Shown here in pieces: positions 24,245 to 38,354 of a stretch of DNA of 64,000 nt; the stretch's first letter is position 1, and each line of letters starts with the position of its first letter. The stretch is from positions 8,101-72,100 of the forward strand of contig JAUCBJ010008366.1 in assembly GCA_032718475.1 (NCBI GenBank), read 5' to 3'. The notes under the pieces are model-generated. The model ran no database searches, was not told where the DNA came from, and was given only the letters and a program-made list of their open reading frames with translations. Made by a program: the position numbers and the translations under genes. Origin of the DNA: Nemertoderma westbladi. Lineage: Eukaryota; Animalia; Xenacoelomorpha.

Positions 24245-26330
24245 TATAAAAGATATCAAAGATGGTCTGATGGTGTGTGGGCAGGAAGGCGAAGATTTGT
24301 GCCCATGAGAGTATTGCACACGAAGAAAGGAGCCAGAAACGGTACGGTAGCTGATATGCCTCAAGGCCTCTCTCAGACCTGTTTCAAAAATCGATGGATA
24401 GTGAACTCGAACTCGACCCATCACATTGGAAGCTTACCAAAATCACCCCCATATTCAAGGAAGGACAAAAATATCCACCAGACAATTATAGACGCATCAG
24501 CTTAACTTCAGTAGTCTGTAAACTAATGGAAAAATTGTACTAACAAGTATGTGTTCTCACTATAGAGAGAATGGCCTTATATCGAAATTTCCATATGGAT
24601 TCCAGAAAACAGGTCTTGCCGTTTGCAGCTACTGGACACTGTGTACAGTTGGTCACTTGCGGTGGACAATGGTGAATGCAAGGACGTGGCATACTTGGAC
24701 TTCAGTAAAGCCTTTGAACGAGAAGCACATCAGCAATTATTAAGGAAGCTCGATTCGTTAGGTATATCTGGTAATCTCCTCGGATGGATCTCAAACTTTC
24801 TTAGTGACAGATTTTAGCGTGTAGTCGTTCATGGAGAAGCATCTGATTGGCTTCCTGTACGCAGCGGTGTACCACAGGGTGGTGTAAACTCAATGTTAAC
24901 GGTATACTTTCGCTCGTTCATTAATGATGTAACAACTTTAAGAAAATTCATAGTTTATTTGTTTGCCTATGACATAAAAGACAGTTGTATTTTCAACTCA
25001 TCGATTGTACCAAATATTGGACCACTACAAATCAGCAAGTATCGAAATTTCCATACGGATTCCAGAAAACAGGTCTTGCCGTTTGCAGTTACTGGACACT
25101 GTGTACAGTTGGTCACTTGCGGTGGACAATGGTGAATGCAAGGACGTGGCATACTTTGACTTCAGTAAAGCCTTCGAACGAGAAGCACATCAGCAATTAT
25201 TAAGGAAGCTCGATTCGTTAGGTATATCTGGTAATCTCCTCGGATTGATCTCAAACTTTCTTAGTGACAGATTTTAGCGTGTAGTCATTGATGGAGAAGC
25301 ATCTGATTGGCTTCCTGTACGCAGCGGTGTACCACAGGGTGGTGTAAACTCAATGTTAACGGTATACTTTTGCTCGTTCATTAATGATGTAACAACTTTA
25401 AGAAAATTCATAGTTTATTTGTTTGCCTATGACATAAAAGACAGTTGTATTTTCAACTCATCGATTGTACCAAATATTGGACCACTACAAATCAGCAAGT
25501 TGATCTAGATATTTTAAATAATTGGAGCATCACTTGGAAACTGTTTTTAAATGATGACAAATGTAAAGCCATGCATAGGCCTATCAGCTTAAATACTCCA
25601 GCCAAGCCATGCCATACTCTCCTTGTAATGCCCCTCTACAGAAGAACAACAAGGGAAGGAACTAGAGCTGATTTTTCAAGACAATCTGATATTCAGCATA
25701 TCGTACATATCGCAGCAATCTCCAACTCCAAGAAAGCAAACCAATCACTTGGTCTTAGGTGGCGCTATTTCAAACACCTGGATGCACCAATATTCATCAA
25801 CCTGTATGTCAATCATTGGTGAGGCCGAGGCCAGTTCAAGAATACTGATCAACTGTCTGGTGGCCACACTGCATTTGCGAAATTCGGTTGCTGGAATCTG
25901 TGCAACGTAGAGCAACCCAACTGGTACCTAGGTTACGTGATAAACCTTACCTATCCAGACTGAAGGAACTAGTTCTCCTAACACTGGAATGTCGACGCCA
26001 TAGAGCAGACCTCATCCAGGTGTATCGCTACTGGTACCTCTCTGGTTTGGAATCCGTCGATTGTTCAGACATGTTTACCCTGGCCACTGAATCAGGTCGG
26101 CGTGGCCACTCGAGAAAGTTATTTAAAACATGAGCATGACTCCGGCAATGAAATACGGCGATGTTCCACTTTCGGGTAGTCAACCTTTCAGCCATTGGAA
26201 GGCTTTATCGGAATCCGTTGATCACCTCCGACTCAGAACGTTTTTAAGTCATGCTTAAACTCGTATTATGAAAAACTCACACTAAAATTCATACCCTCCC
26301 TCATGGCTGCATGGTGGACAGACAGATAAC
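24245..26330 (+). mobile_element. Decayed CR1-like LINE 3' half with ~460-bp internal tandem duplication
   Basis: YLDFSKAF, SGVPQG, LESVQRRAT, RGHSRKLFK motifs with stops and frameshifts; ~24580-25039 is repeated at ~25040-25499. Confidence 0.9.
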
Positions 26331-26786
26331 CTAATGCATAATGTAGGCCTAAATATTTTTCCGCTACTGCCACTGCCAGGCTGCTGTCAGGCTGTATTGT
26401 ACAATAAACGGTAAGGTTACCATCTTTATTTTAATTAAACGATTTAAGACTCAACTCATGTATTATATACCGGTAATTTAATTTAGGCCTGTATAGGCTG
26501 ATAGGCCTACTTATTTAGACAGTTTTTTTTTATTTTATTTTACCTGTCAGCCGGTAGGCCTACTTGAAATTGCACCTTCTACTAAATACTAAATGTATAT
26601 TGATGCACTGTATGTATAAGTAGGCTATTGTAGAAACCAAAACCTTACCCATTATCAGCTTATTTACGATTTTTTGTCCGTTTTTAGCTTGTGAACACAA
26701 CAACCTATGGCTATGACCTAGGGCTGTCCTGTAGGGTGTCCTTCTACGCCTATCTCAGTAGTTATTCGTTAGGCTACGCTTAGGCC

Positions 26787-28377
26787 TAGGGCTCGATCTG
26801 AGTTGAAATTTCAGGATTGGGCAGGACCTGGAGTCTGGACAATTTAGCCGGAGCCAGACCAGGAGTTTCTCAAAAATTTAATTATTTATTACAAAAAATT
26901 AAAGTACCGGTATGGTTATCGTTCACCAATTGCCAATCATCGCTCATAGTCTGATAGTCATAGGCCGAATTAATTTCATAATTTAAAATTTACAGATTTA
27001 CGAATTTTCAATTTAAAATTTAAGTACCAGTAATTAATTTATCACGGACAGACGGCTAACAATTAGGCCTACCTACAGTACCTAACTCGCTAACGGTCTG
27101 ACTGGAGCAGATAGGTACAGACAGTACCAGGCAGCCAGGACCGGTACAGCATGTCAGCAGTAAATGGCTGCAGTAGAACAGTGTGCGTACAGTCATAATA
27201 GCATTTCCAATTTTTTACAGTACAGGTACCAGTTAGCCACAGCCAGTACCAGTCTGCCAGTAGCAGTAACAAACTATTACATTTTCGGAGTATATATGTG
27301 TTGACAGGCCTATCACTGTATCACCCTATTACTATATTATTTTACTTACATTATTCAGTTATTAGGCTACGGTACCATATGATGACGTATTACCCCGTAT
27401 GCTAAGTGATTTTTTTGTGCGCCGAACGCGACGTGGCGCAGAAAAAAATGTGCGCCTGCGCAGTCGAAAACAGTGCAAAATCCGCGTGCGCAGCAGAAAA
27501 ACTGCGCGAGATTGGCGCGCGCAGCAGAAATTCTGCGCGAGATTGGCGCGCACAGCAGAAATACTGCGCGAAATCTCCTACCACGTACCTGCCTGCCTAC
27601 TGCTGTACTGGCAGACTGGCCTAAAGCACACCAAGCAGCCAAGTATGAAGTAGCAAGTAGGAGGCTTATTATTTCAGTATTTCTTACAGTCTTATCTGTA
27701 TTGTCATTACAGCATTACCCTGTTACCGGTAGTCGGCAGACTGCCAGGGGTAGCGGGTAGGTCTACTTACCGGTACTGACTTAGTGCTGTAATGCAAGTC
27801 TGAGCCGTGCTATCAATTTTCTGCGCCTGCGCCTGTTGCACCGCGCCCTAAATTTTCTGCGCCTGCGCGCTGCGCGGCGCTGCGCTCTCAATTTTCTGCG
27901 CCTGCTCCAAATTCTGGAAAAAATTGTGCTCCGAACGCGTTCGGCGTACATGCCCTACTTAGCAGAATGGCGTATTACCTACTAAACTGAAACATTTTAA
28001 AGTTCACATTGTCATACACAGCAGTACAGACCTATAGGCTATAGCCATAGCTGTATTGTGCTGGAGTACTGCTGTCAGACTGTTATTGTATGACTCAAGA
28101 GTCAGTCATTCAGTATGTCAATATTGCAGTCAGTCATTGACTAAAAGTAAATACTGCAGTATGCCTGATGGTGAAGCTGTACCACCACTACAGTACTTAG
28201 GCCTACAGACTTATAGTGTAAATAATTGTCCAGATTAGAAGGCCCTACTGTAGTATAGTATATGCACAAAATATAATACTTTATTAAAAAATTAACTCCA
28301 GCAATATTTTTACCGGAGCCGGACCCGGAGATGCCAAAATAGCCGGAGATGGAGGCCGGAGCTCCGATCGAGCCCTA
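26787..28377 (-). mobile_element. hAT-like MITE (TAGGGCTCGATC TIR family), reverse orientation, with a nested GC-rich element at ~27395-27957
   Basis: TIRs TAGGGCTCGATC/GATCGAGCCCTA; interior matches the reverse complement of 30113-30847. Confidence 0.8.
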
Positions 28378-28457
28378 CTTCTGTACTTAGGCCTATGTTT
28401 TTAGTAGTTAAATTTTAATGTTAGTTTTTCAGTTTTTACTTGTGTTTTATGGACACT

Positions 28458-29020
28458 ATATGCGTCAGTGCATATAAAAATCAGACAATTCCGAGAAAAA
28501 ATAGTTTTTGAATTATGTTTTGCAAAAGAAGCGCATTTTAATTAGCTTTAAAATGCACCCACCCACATGTCATTGCCACCCACAGTTCAAAAGTTACGAA
28601 AGAAATAGTGAAAGTAAATAAAAGGAAGTAAATATAACTCTCTCTCTCTGTTCTGACTGTCTGTCAAAAAAATAAAAGCATTCTGGTACTACCGTAGCTA
28701 ACTAAAATTTTGTTGTAAAAACAGTCATGAATCCATAAAACATGACATCGGAAATGAAATCACTACTAACAAATACCCCTGGGAACGGAAATTTTAGTCA
28801 GTTAGTAAACTTCCACACATTTTTGACAGACAGAAGAGAGACCGACAAACCGATAGTCAGACAGACCGACAAAACATAAAATTTTTTCAAAACTTTTATG
28901 TTCAACGAAGATAAACATACCTAATGAATATATTTTGAAAATTTTTTTTAACTTCATTCTCCATTTTCTCAAATAAATTCTGCCCGGAATTGTCTGATTT
29001 CTCAATGCACTGACACATAT
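28458..29020. mobile_element. MITE with ATATGYGTCAGTGCAT TIRs
   Basis: 16-bp inverted termini with one mismatch. Confidence 0.6.
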
Positions 29021-30112
29021 TCTGATATTGTATAAATTTTAAAGTTCGTGTCACAGTTTCATTCGCTAATATTTTTTGTACTGTCAGACTGTAGATACCG
29101 GTAATCGTTTTTAGTTGTTACTTTGTATTTTGCCCATTTTGTACCATTTTATTTGAGTTTTATGGGGACTAGGCAGGCCTATACTTCGGTACTTTATGAA
29201 TTTTAAAATTCCATTTAAATTTAGGCCTTGGACTACATAAATAGGCCTACCACTACCGGTATTGTATGTGGGGCGAGTGACGAAAGTAAGTGAGCTTAGC
29301 ATACAGGTACCACTAACTCAATCGGTGTGTGTGTTGTTCTGTTGATCTGATGTGCCCAATTTTAAACGTGAATAACCTTCTTGATAAAATATATCCAAAC
29401 TTGGTACATATGTAGTCTGGCAAAGGTTTAGAAATTTTCCAAGTTGAATTTGCATGGGGTCTTCGTGCAGCATCTGTGTAACTGTCTTGCAGTTATAATA
29501 AATTTATATATCCAAAAATTATTAGGCTTGGCATCAGCTGGTTGCTAGGAGACTGCAGGATATATCAGGTTCAGCAATACCGGTACAATGCAGCAATAAT
29601 GTGGCCTTGGGAAGTGTGGTAGGCCTATATCACTTTCTTCAGCCATTCCAGCATTTCCAGATTGCAGAGTTCAGAGTACGACATGGGTACCATGAGATGT
29701 CTGTACTCAGTACCGATACTGCTCACTGCTGTTGCTGTATGTGGTAGGCCTAGCTTTCTAGGCTGGTTGTCAGTCTGTCAGTGCAGCAGTGTGGTACTGC
29801 TACTGCATTATCTGAGTATTGGTACTTGCGGTAGGGTAGGGAGTCCTGTAATTGCCTGAGTGATTGATGTCTGAATTGCGATATCGCGACTATTCAGCCA
29901 TATCATGTACTGGTACGGTACCTTAATCTTATTAAACATATGTTTACAGTACCGTACAGTACCAGTACTGTTACAGTGGTACAGAGGTACCGGTACTGTC
30001 TTCAGGTCATTGGCGCCACCCACCAATCGGCTCAGCAACGGCAACCATGCAGCCATGAAAGTTTTGAAATTATGCGGACTTAAGGCTGACTGACATATTG
30101 TCAGGTCAGCAG

Positions 30113-30847
30113 TAGGGCTCGATCGGAGCTCCGGCCTCCGGCTCCGGCTATTTTGGCTATTCTGGCTCCTGCTCCGGCTCCGGTAAAAATATTGCCGGAG
30201 TTAATTTTTTAATAAAGTATTATATTTCGTGCATATTCTAATCTGAACAATTATTTACACTATAAGTAGTACAGCTTCAATATCAAGCATAATACTGCAG
30301 TATTTACTTAAAGTCAATGACTGACTGACTGACTGTTGACTGTAGTGCAGTACTGGTACTGGTGACTGGCCAGCTGGCTGACTAGCAGACTATTACAGAT
30401 AGGCCCTACTGTAAAAAATTGTAAATGCTATGATTGTACACTGTACCACTGCAGTCATGCCAGCATACTGTACCGGTACTGCAGTACTGGTACACGTACG
30501 GTAGGCTACCTACAGCTACAGTACACACCTCTACTGCTCTACCACAATTAGACAGTTAGTGAGTTAGGTACTGTAGGTAATTTTTAGCCGTCAGCGTCAG
30601 GCCGTCTGTCTGTGATAAATTAATTACTTAAATTTTAAATTGGAAATTCGTAAATCTATAAATTATGAAATAAATTAGACCTACAGTATGATTGATTATG
30701 AGCGATTGGCGAAAGATAACCATATATACTTTATTTATTTTTTAATAAATAATTAAATTTTTAAAATTTTTGAAAAACTCCGGCTCCTGCTCCGGCAAAA
30801 TTGTCCAACTCCGGCTCCGGCCAAATCCCAACTCCGATCGAGCCCTA
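30113..30847 (+). mobile_element. hAT-like MITE
   Basis: 16-bp TIR TAGGGCTCGATCGGAG and 8-bp TSD GTCAGCAG (30105-30112, 30848-30855). Confidence 0.92.
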
Positions 30848-32439
30848 GTCAGCAGGTTGTACCAGCTGACCTTTATTCCATGTTCCGGTATCCACTATCC
30901 CCAACAGCCCAATACTGCAATACCCAGCAACGTTTTGGAATTGTACCGGTACTCAAACAACTCGCCATCAAGGCCACCACCTCTCTCTGTCTGTCGTAGT
31001 GTCATTGGTGACCTCGACTTTTGGTATCGCTACTGTGCTAGCTCTACGGGCAAACTAGACTAACTGATGAGCGAGACCCGAGGACTGAATAATGCATTGA
31101 ATTTTTGGAGTAGTTTGACTGTGGACTTCTATGACATCAATGCCAAGCTGCCAATGCGAAAGTTTTTTTTTAAGTAAAAGTTTGGTTATATTTTCTTAAT
31201 TAGGCCTATTTATTTAAATTTCTTAAGTACCAATTTTGGGATAGAATTGGTCAATTTTAATCTGTTTCTAATAACTGAGCATTGTCCTACGCAATTGTCC
31301 CACGAACGTGTCAGTATGTAGTTAATCGTTTTTTTTAGTATTTAAGTTCTGATGTTCATTTTATTTAAGTTTATGCTGTTAGTGTTATGGGACTATGAAC
31401 TATGAAGTAAGCCTATGAACATAGCTTCCTCAGTCCTCGCCCTGTAATACAAATACATAGTGTTTGTAGCTTTGTAGCCTACCACCTACTGTTACTGAGC
31501 TACCACTTCCAACCTATTGATTATTGAGCTTGATATAAAGTGAGTCTTCATACAATGATATGGCAAAACTGAATCGCCACATTGCCGGTGAATTTATCGG
31601 TGCACTCGAAATGTGTGTCGTCGTAGCACTCTGGCTGCCCGCACCAACAACGAGGGTGGATAACTTGACATGGGTGGTATGTTAGTGTATGTGTTGGTGT
31701 ATGTTTCACAAAACATCGATGAAAGTAATGTACCTTGTGTGTCACGGAAGCAATGGTCAACAAATTACCAGGGAAACAAGAATTTCCCCTGCCACAACTA
31801 CTGACACATCAACTATATAACAGATTGACAGAGGTGATAAGGTATATATAATCGTATCGATTTTGAAGTCTCTAAAGGATCGTTCCAGAATGGGCAGTGG
31901 GATGAGACCGCAACATCCACTCGAAAATACCATCGCAGAAAACGACTACGTCGAGCATCTACGCAGTGGCTGGCCACATCTGTTGACGTATCCCCATCGA
32001 AACGAGCCTGTAAAATGTTCGCCCAGAAAATTCCAAATCGATCCGGTCTTGTTCTGCAGGCACCGATTGTTCACTTGGCTAAGGCTGGTAGTACTGTGGC
32101 AACAGACGGACACGCCAGTTATAGCTCCATTGGAAAGACGGTATTATGGACCGACCTCACCCACAAGTAGGGTTCAACAGAAGGTACTTTATGGGGCCGA
32201 ACCGAACCGAAGTAGGGCAAACTTCTGGCTGAAAGGAGGTTCAGAAAGCTAGCAAGTTGTGGTCGTAATATAATATCACCATTAATTTTTTCATCACCAA
32301 AATTAGTCATTATTCCCCTATTTTTATTGCATGTTTTCACTAAAATTAATCATTAATTAACTAAAATTATTCATTATTCACTAAAATTAATCATTCATAA
32401 TTTTTTTTTTATTGTACTGGTGCATATTTTGTTGGTTAT

Positions 32440-32770
32440 AAAAGCCTACCTCAGTGCTCTGTACTGTAACCTGCCCTTTTCACCCAATTGGTAACAACAC
32501 TATTTATTGTTTTGGTTATAAAAGCCTACATCTGTAACCTGCCCCTTTCCCCCAATTGGTAACAACATTATTTATTGTTTTGGTTCTAAAAGCCCACCTA
32601 TGTAACCTGCTCCGCTCCTTCCCCAAATTGGTATCAACATTGTATATTGTTTTGGTTATAAAGGCCTACCTCTGTAACGTGCTCCTTTCCCTCAATTGGT
32701 AACAACATTGTTTATTGTTTTGGTTAGAAAAATCCACCCTGCTGCCCTGTAACCCGCTCTTTCTCTTTCA
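32440..32770. repeat. ~69-bp satellite (TGTAACCTGCTCCTTTCCC...TTGTTTTGGTTAGAAAA)
   Basis: ~5 tandem units; a second array lies at ~59960-60290 and monomers are scattered across the window. Confidence 0.8.
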
Positions 32771-32789
32771 AATGGTAACTTCTATGTTG

Positions 32790-33950
32790 CAGAAGTGCTT
32801 TTATGTACAGAAGTAACACACATCATAAACCAATTGAGGGAAAGGAACAGGTTACAGAGGCAGGCTTTTCTAACTAAAACAATAAACGGCCACTTTTGAC
32901 TTTACCAATTGAAGGAGCCCTATCACCACATACTACTAACTACAATCCAGCAATCGGCATGCTGCATTGCAGCTGCATTATATATATATAGGCCCTATTA
33001 AGAATGCTGTGCCGGCTTGTTGACAAAAGTGCGCCTCCACAACTCCCTTACACTCTTACAGCCTTATCACCCATGACATTTGCTAGATCATCCGCATCTT
33101 CAAGGCCAGTGTCCTTTCAGACAGTAAGAAAGATGCGTCTCAAGAAAGTCATGGGCTGTCCACCATGCTTATTCACTCCATGAGGCTGGTCCTCACGGCT
33201 AAAGCAATGTCCTGCAAAGCGGATGCGGCTTTGTTCTAGTGTCAAGCTTGGGGGAACTAATGACAGAATGAGACACCTCCAACTCCAATGTTATACTGTT
33301 ATATAGTGTCTGGTTGGAGATGTGTGCATTGTACTTGACACAGTGAACCTAATCAAAACAATTAGTCAATAAACATTAACACAATAACATAATAGGTTAC
33401 AGTTTACAGTAGTCTTATTTTTGCCATACAAAAATAACACAGGTACATACCTGTGTTATTTTTGTATGGCAAAAATAAGACTACTGTAAACATGTACTGT
33501 GTACATACTACCATACTGCCATATGGCAGTATGGGCGCTAGGTATGGGTATGAATGAACTATACAGCTATAACTCAACTACCGCTACCGCGGTATACACC
33601 GCTAAGGCAGTAAGGCTACTACCGCAAAGCCATACCACTACCACAAAAAGTAACTACTGATGTCTGAGTGTACGACGATGTACGTGTGCGATCCCTGCTT
33701 ATAATACTTACAATAATTAATTTGATCATTAAAATAATGTTGCATTGTAATTATGTAATATATATGTACTGATACGGGATGCAGTTTTGATTGAAATACC
33801 GATATACAGTATGGCAGCATGGGTACACTTGGAGTTGTACTAAAGTCCAATATTGGACTTCAGGACTTTGGAGTCCAAAATTGGACTTGAAGTCTAAAAT
33901 TGGACTTGAAGTCCAATTTTTGACTTCTCAACTATAATTTGTTATTGTGG
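32790..33950 (+). mobile_element. Partial copy of the CAGTCGGTGAGAAG element, carrying an RTE 3' fragment
   Basis: Colinear with ~47290-48175 plus 50133-50296. Confidence 0.8.
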
Positions 33951-34164
33951 GTAAATCAAATTAATCAGGCAAAATATAAAATTAATTACATGAATAGGCC
34001 TAACAAGCGCGAAATCGCGCAAAGTTCCGTGTCTATTAACCTATGTGCTATGAAATGTGAATTGTCTCCTTGAATGACTTACTATCAATCTTACAACAAA
34101 AAAACATTCACCGGAATAGGGGATTGAACTCGGTACCGCGCCGTATGGAGCCTTACAGCCTTAA

Positions 34165-35106
34165 CCCTCCCTATTAGCACTGGGGGGGGGGGGGGGGCGA
34201 ATCGGCCCCTTCCTAGTTTTTAGTTGCTGTAACTATGCAACCACTTTACGTACCGGCCCAATTTTTTGTGAGAATTAGCCAAATTTAATGCCGCATCTTT
34301 TGCAAAAAACGCCGTTGCAATTGGATTTCTACTTTTCGATGTGGGTGTCACCTCAAAATTTGGTCTCCAGCACCAAATTTTTTGAAATTTTCGAATTTTA
34401 CAAAGTCATTTGTGATTTAGTAATTATTTGTGTTTGGGCTATTTTTATTTATTTTTATTGGTTTGGATCACTCTAATGCTCTATACAAGTATGTAAGTGT
34501 AGTGGTACGTCATTTTTGGAGCACCAAAATTAGGGCGTGGCACTTCAAATTTTGAAAAATACGTGAAGTGCCACGCCCTAATTTTGGTGCACCAAAAATG
34601 GCGAACCACTCAGTCTTCAGGCTTCTATATTACTTTCAATCGATTCAGCGGCCCAGAAAACCCATAAAGATGCGTTGAAATAAAAAAATTAGGGGCATTT
34701 TCTGAATATCTAATTTTTCAAAATTTGAAGTGCCACGCCCACTTCTTAGGTGCACGAAAAATAGCATCCACTTCAATTTTTGGAAGTGGAATATAATCAC
34801 ATTCGATTCAGCGTCTTGAAAAACCTACTAAATCTAGCCAACACTGCCACACTATTAGTTTTTAGAAAACGAAAAATTTTGTAATTTTGTCCTGGGACTA
34901 CTTTTATTTTTCATCAAAATTATGAGACCCTGCTTATGAAATTTTAACTTTTTAAGATTTGGTAGTGTTCATCTATAGTTGTTTCACCAACAGCCCAAAT
35001 TTTGTAGGATTTCATTAGACGACTACAAAAATATAGTGGGTGGGCCGAATCGGCCCCCCCCCCCCCCAGTGGTGCTAATGGTCAAAACACCCCAGTGGTA
35101 ATAGGG
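34165..35106. mobile_element. piggyBac-like MITE
   Basis: TTAA|CCCT...AGGG|TTAA with G/C-run subtermini; interrupts a reverse tRNA-like sequence. Confidence 0.8.
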
Positions 35107-35388
35107 TTAAGACCGGAGTACCAAAACTGCAAAACAAAGTGGAAATTAACAACAACAACAACAACACCAATAACAACCAGACAACGGAGTGAATAATACA
35201 TAATAGGTCTCCCTATGCGGACCTAAAAGGTTAAGGACGAGACGACGAGTTAAAATAATAATTATTACAAAAGAGACACCGCAAGCATACAGTAAAATAT
35301 TTGGAATAGTTCAATCAAAGATGAAGTAAAAATAAATAAAATATTTTAAGTATTTATATATTATCTGATTATATATAGTCAGATAGTA

Positions 35389-37260
35389 CAGTCGGGGAGA
35401 AGTTCAAATTTCAACTGAGTTGAAATTTAAAACTTTTTTTTTAAAATTCAGCTTTTAAGTTGTAAATTGAACTCTAAAATGGCAGGAGGCCCAGAAGGGC
35501 CCCAAGACGTTACAGAAGGGGTGTTTTTATTGTTTTTATGGGTGTAACTCGAAAAATCGGGTCCTACTAAATACTACAAAAAGCACAAAACAAGCACAAA
35601 AAAGCACAAAAAAGTCAAGGAAAGCACAAAAAAGCACAAAAAAAGCACAAAAAAGCATAAAAAAGGTAAAAAAAAGCACAAAAAAGTAAAAAAAAAAGCA
35701 CAAAAAAGCAAACTGATAGCTGTTTATTGAGCTTGTAATAGAACAGATGATAGAAGCAATATCATGTAGTGCAGTAGTGTCTAGGCTACCGGAAGGATAA
35801 TCACATGTCCAGTATGCTTTCATGTCATATAGCTGCCAGTGAGTGAGTACCAGCACGAGCACTTACAGGTACAGGTACAACCCTACCACGAGCACCCTAG
35901 TGCAATATCAGGCTAATGTCAGAATGTAAAGATGGTTCAATTCAAATATCAGGATAGAACTTATAATACTGTAATAGACTTTGTTATTGTCACATTATGT
36001 CAACTTATCAGCGTTCTGGTTAATTACTTGTAACGATGTAGCGACGTGGGAGATGTAGCGATGCAGCATAGGCGCTTGTAAACTGGATATGTCAGTGTTG
36101 ACCGAAATCGCGATTATTCTGTTATTGGAATGCCTTTATTCACCGATAAATCGACATACTGTATAATTATCACATCACGGTCGGCCCGAACCTCTCGAGT
36201 GGGCGATCCATAACGTCTGAGGACAAGTATGATGATATTAGTCATAGTCATACTTGCAAGAATCTCGCTTAGGTCGGAAATGCCTTGGTTACGATATCTG
36301 CGTCTGTTGGAAACACAGTTCCTGCCTGGGTTTAACCACTCTGCTGTTGTAACACTACTCTATACTTTGAAATTTCTATAACTGCCAGATTGTTTGCAAT
36401 GTTGTTTAGGAGTCCATGCGTACTTATCTTATGTCAATATTCTATTTTATTTTACCTTAATTAACGACCCCCATGAGTGCCTTATCCTGGGTGTTCTTTC
36501 CCACGATCGTAATTTACTGTAGTTTTATTAAGCTATTAATTATTTAATTATTTATTATGATTTTTTTTTATAGTGATTTTAATTACAAATGCAAAGAGTA
36601 TTGTGGCCTTTACTGCTTTACATACTGTAAGTCAGAACGTTGCAAATTAATCAATCATAGGCGTATGGGTTACCTTCGTATGTGGGGGGTGTCTGTAACA
36701 ATATCTCTCATATTTTCGCCCCCCCCCCCCCCCCCCCCATGTCTCTTGATGTGAGAATGTTTTTTTGTGCTTTTTTTTTTACTTTTTTGTGCTTTTTTTT
36801 ACTTTTTTTTGTGCTTTTTTGTGGTTTTTTTGTGCTTTTTTGTGCTTTTCTTGACTTTTTTGTGCTTTTTTGTGCTTGTTTTGTGCTTTTTGTAGTATTT
36901 AGTAGGACCCGAAAAATCAACCCTCATTACCGATGGAATAAAAACTTTCACCGTCGGGATTACATTTTTTAAAAACATTTTAAGTGATTACATTTGCAAA
37001 TTAGCTGAAATACTACAGGATTTTATTAGAGGTATTACCGGTATATTACCGCTATATGTCATAATTATTATACAATGGAATACCAGTATTGGATTCCAAT
37101 TCCATATTTCAGTATTTCCAAACCTACTCCAAAAGTTGAATTTTAAAAAAAAGTTGAATTTTAAACCCTTCTCCAAAAGTTGAATTTTAATAAAAAGTTG
37201 AATTTTAAAAAATAAAGTTGAAATTTCAACTCAGTTGAAAATAGAACTTCTCCCCGACTG
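35389..37260. mobile_element. Non-autonomous DNA transposon, CAGTCGGGGAGAAG TIR, 5-bp TSD TAGTA
   Basis: ~40-bp TIRs; TSD at 35384-35388 and 37261-37265. Confidence 0.88.
35559..36910. mobile_element. Nested foldback-type element with ~150-bp TIRs and 8-bp TSD
   Basis: GGGTCCTACTAAATACTAC...(AAAGCACAAA)n inverted arms; TSD GAAAAATC on both sides. Confidence 0.88.
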
Positions 37261-38354
37261 TAGTAGGCCTATACCGGTACGAGGAGATTAGAAAAGCAGC
37301 AATGCAGCAATGAGTCAGTCGGGCACTTTGTCAATATTGACATGTGTCAATATTGACATGTAGAGCTAGTTTCTTCAGGATGGGGCATGTCAAAATTGAC
37401 ATGGACATGTCAATATTGACATTTTTTACCTGACGTGTTCAAATATTTCCAGACGTGTTTTTTAAATATAAAAATCGAAATTATAAGTAAATTAGAAACT
37501 TTTGACCGTGGGGAAATTTTTTTCACCGTGCCGTTTAAATAATATAAATACTTAAAGTTTTTCTCATGTTAAAATTGACATACATGTCAAAATTGACAGG
37601 TAATGATGAGAACAGAAGTGTGGGGTTAGGCCACGCCTCGGCCACGCCACCCTATAGACTGATAGACTATACTATAACTGTATAACTAGGTATAGTTTAT
37701 ACCTGGCAAAGACTGAAAGATATGAGATACATCAGTACATACTGACAGATTACTGGATTACACTTAGGCCTAATGTTTATATAATATATCTTAGGCTACA
37801 CTTACAGTCTTATGCACTTAACTTAACTTTTTTTTAAATAATTTGGTAACAATAAATTTAACATCTCTGGTTCCTTGCCGCCTTGAGACAGGGGGGGGGG
37901 GGGGGGGACTGGACGCAAAACCTGTCTTGGCAAATTAATATCCCACCTCATTGTTAAATTCTCAATTTAGGGAAAGGAGCAGGTTACAGTACTGCAGTAG
38001 CACGTTATTTTAACCAAAAAAATAAACTAAACACAATAGAACAGGTTACAGTTTTATTTTTGAGAGTAATCATCTGTTATTTGCGTCCAATTTCCCCTGG
38101 AGTGGGATGAATTTTTATTGCGTCCAGTCCCCCCCCTATTAAAGAAGTAATAAATAAATAATAGTAGTTCTCACCAACCATCTCTCGTACCTCCCACGCT
38201 TCCAGCTGTCCAGTGTCTGAGTGTTGTTGTTTATCAGTATTGGCGATTGGCTTGGCATGTTACAGTGTTAACAGCTACTGTATGTTTTCAGGGTGGTCTG
38301 ATCATTTATATTATTTGGCATTTAGTTTCAGTATCTGTCTGTATACCTTAACAA

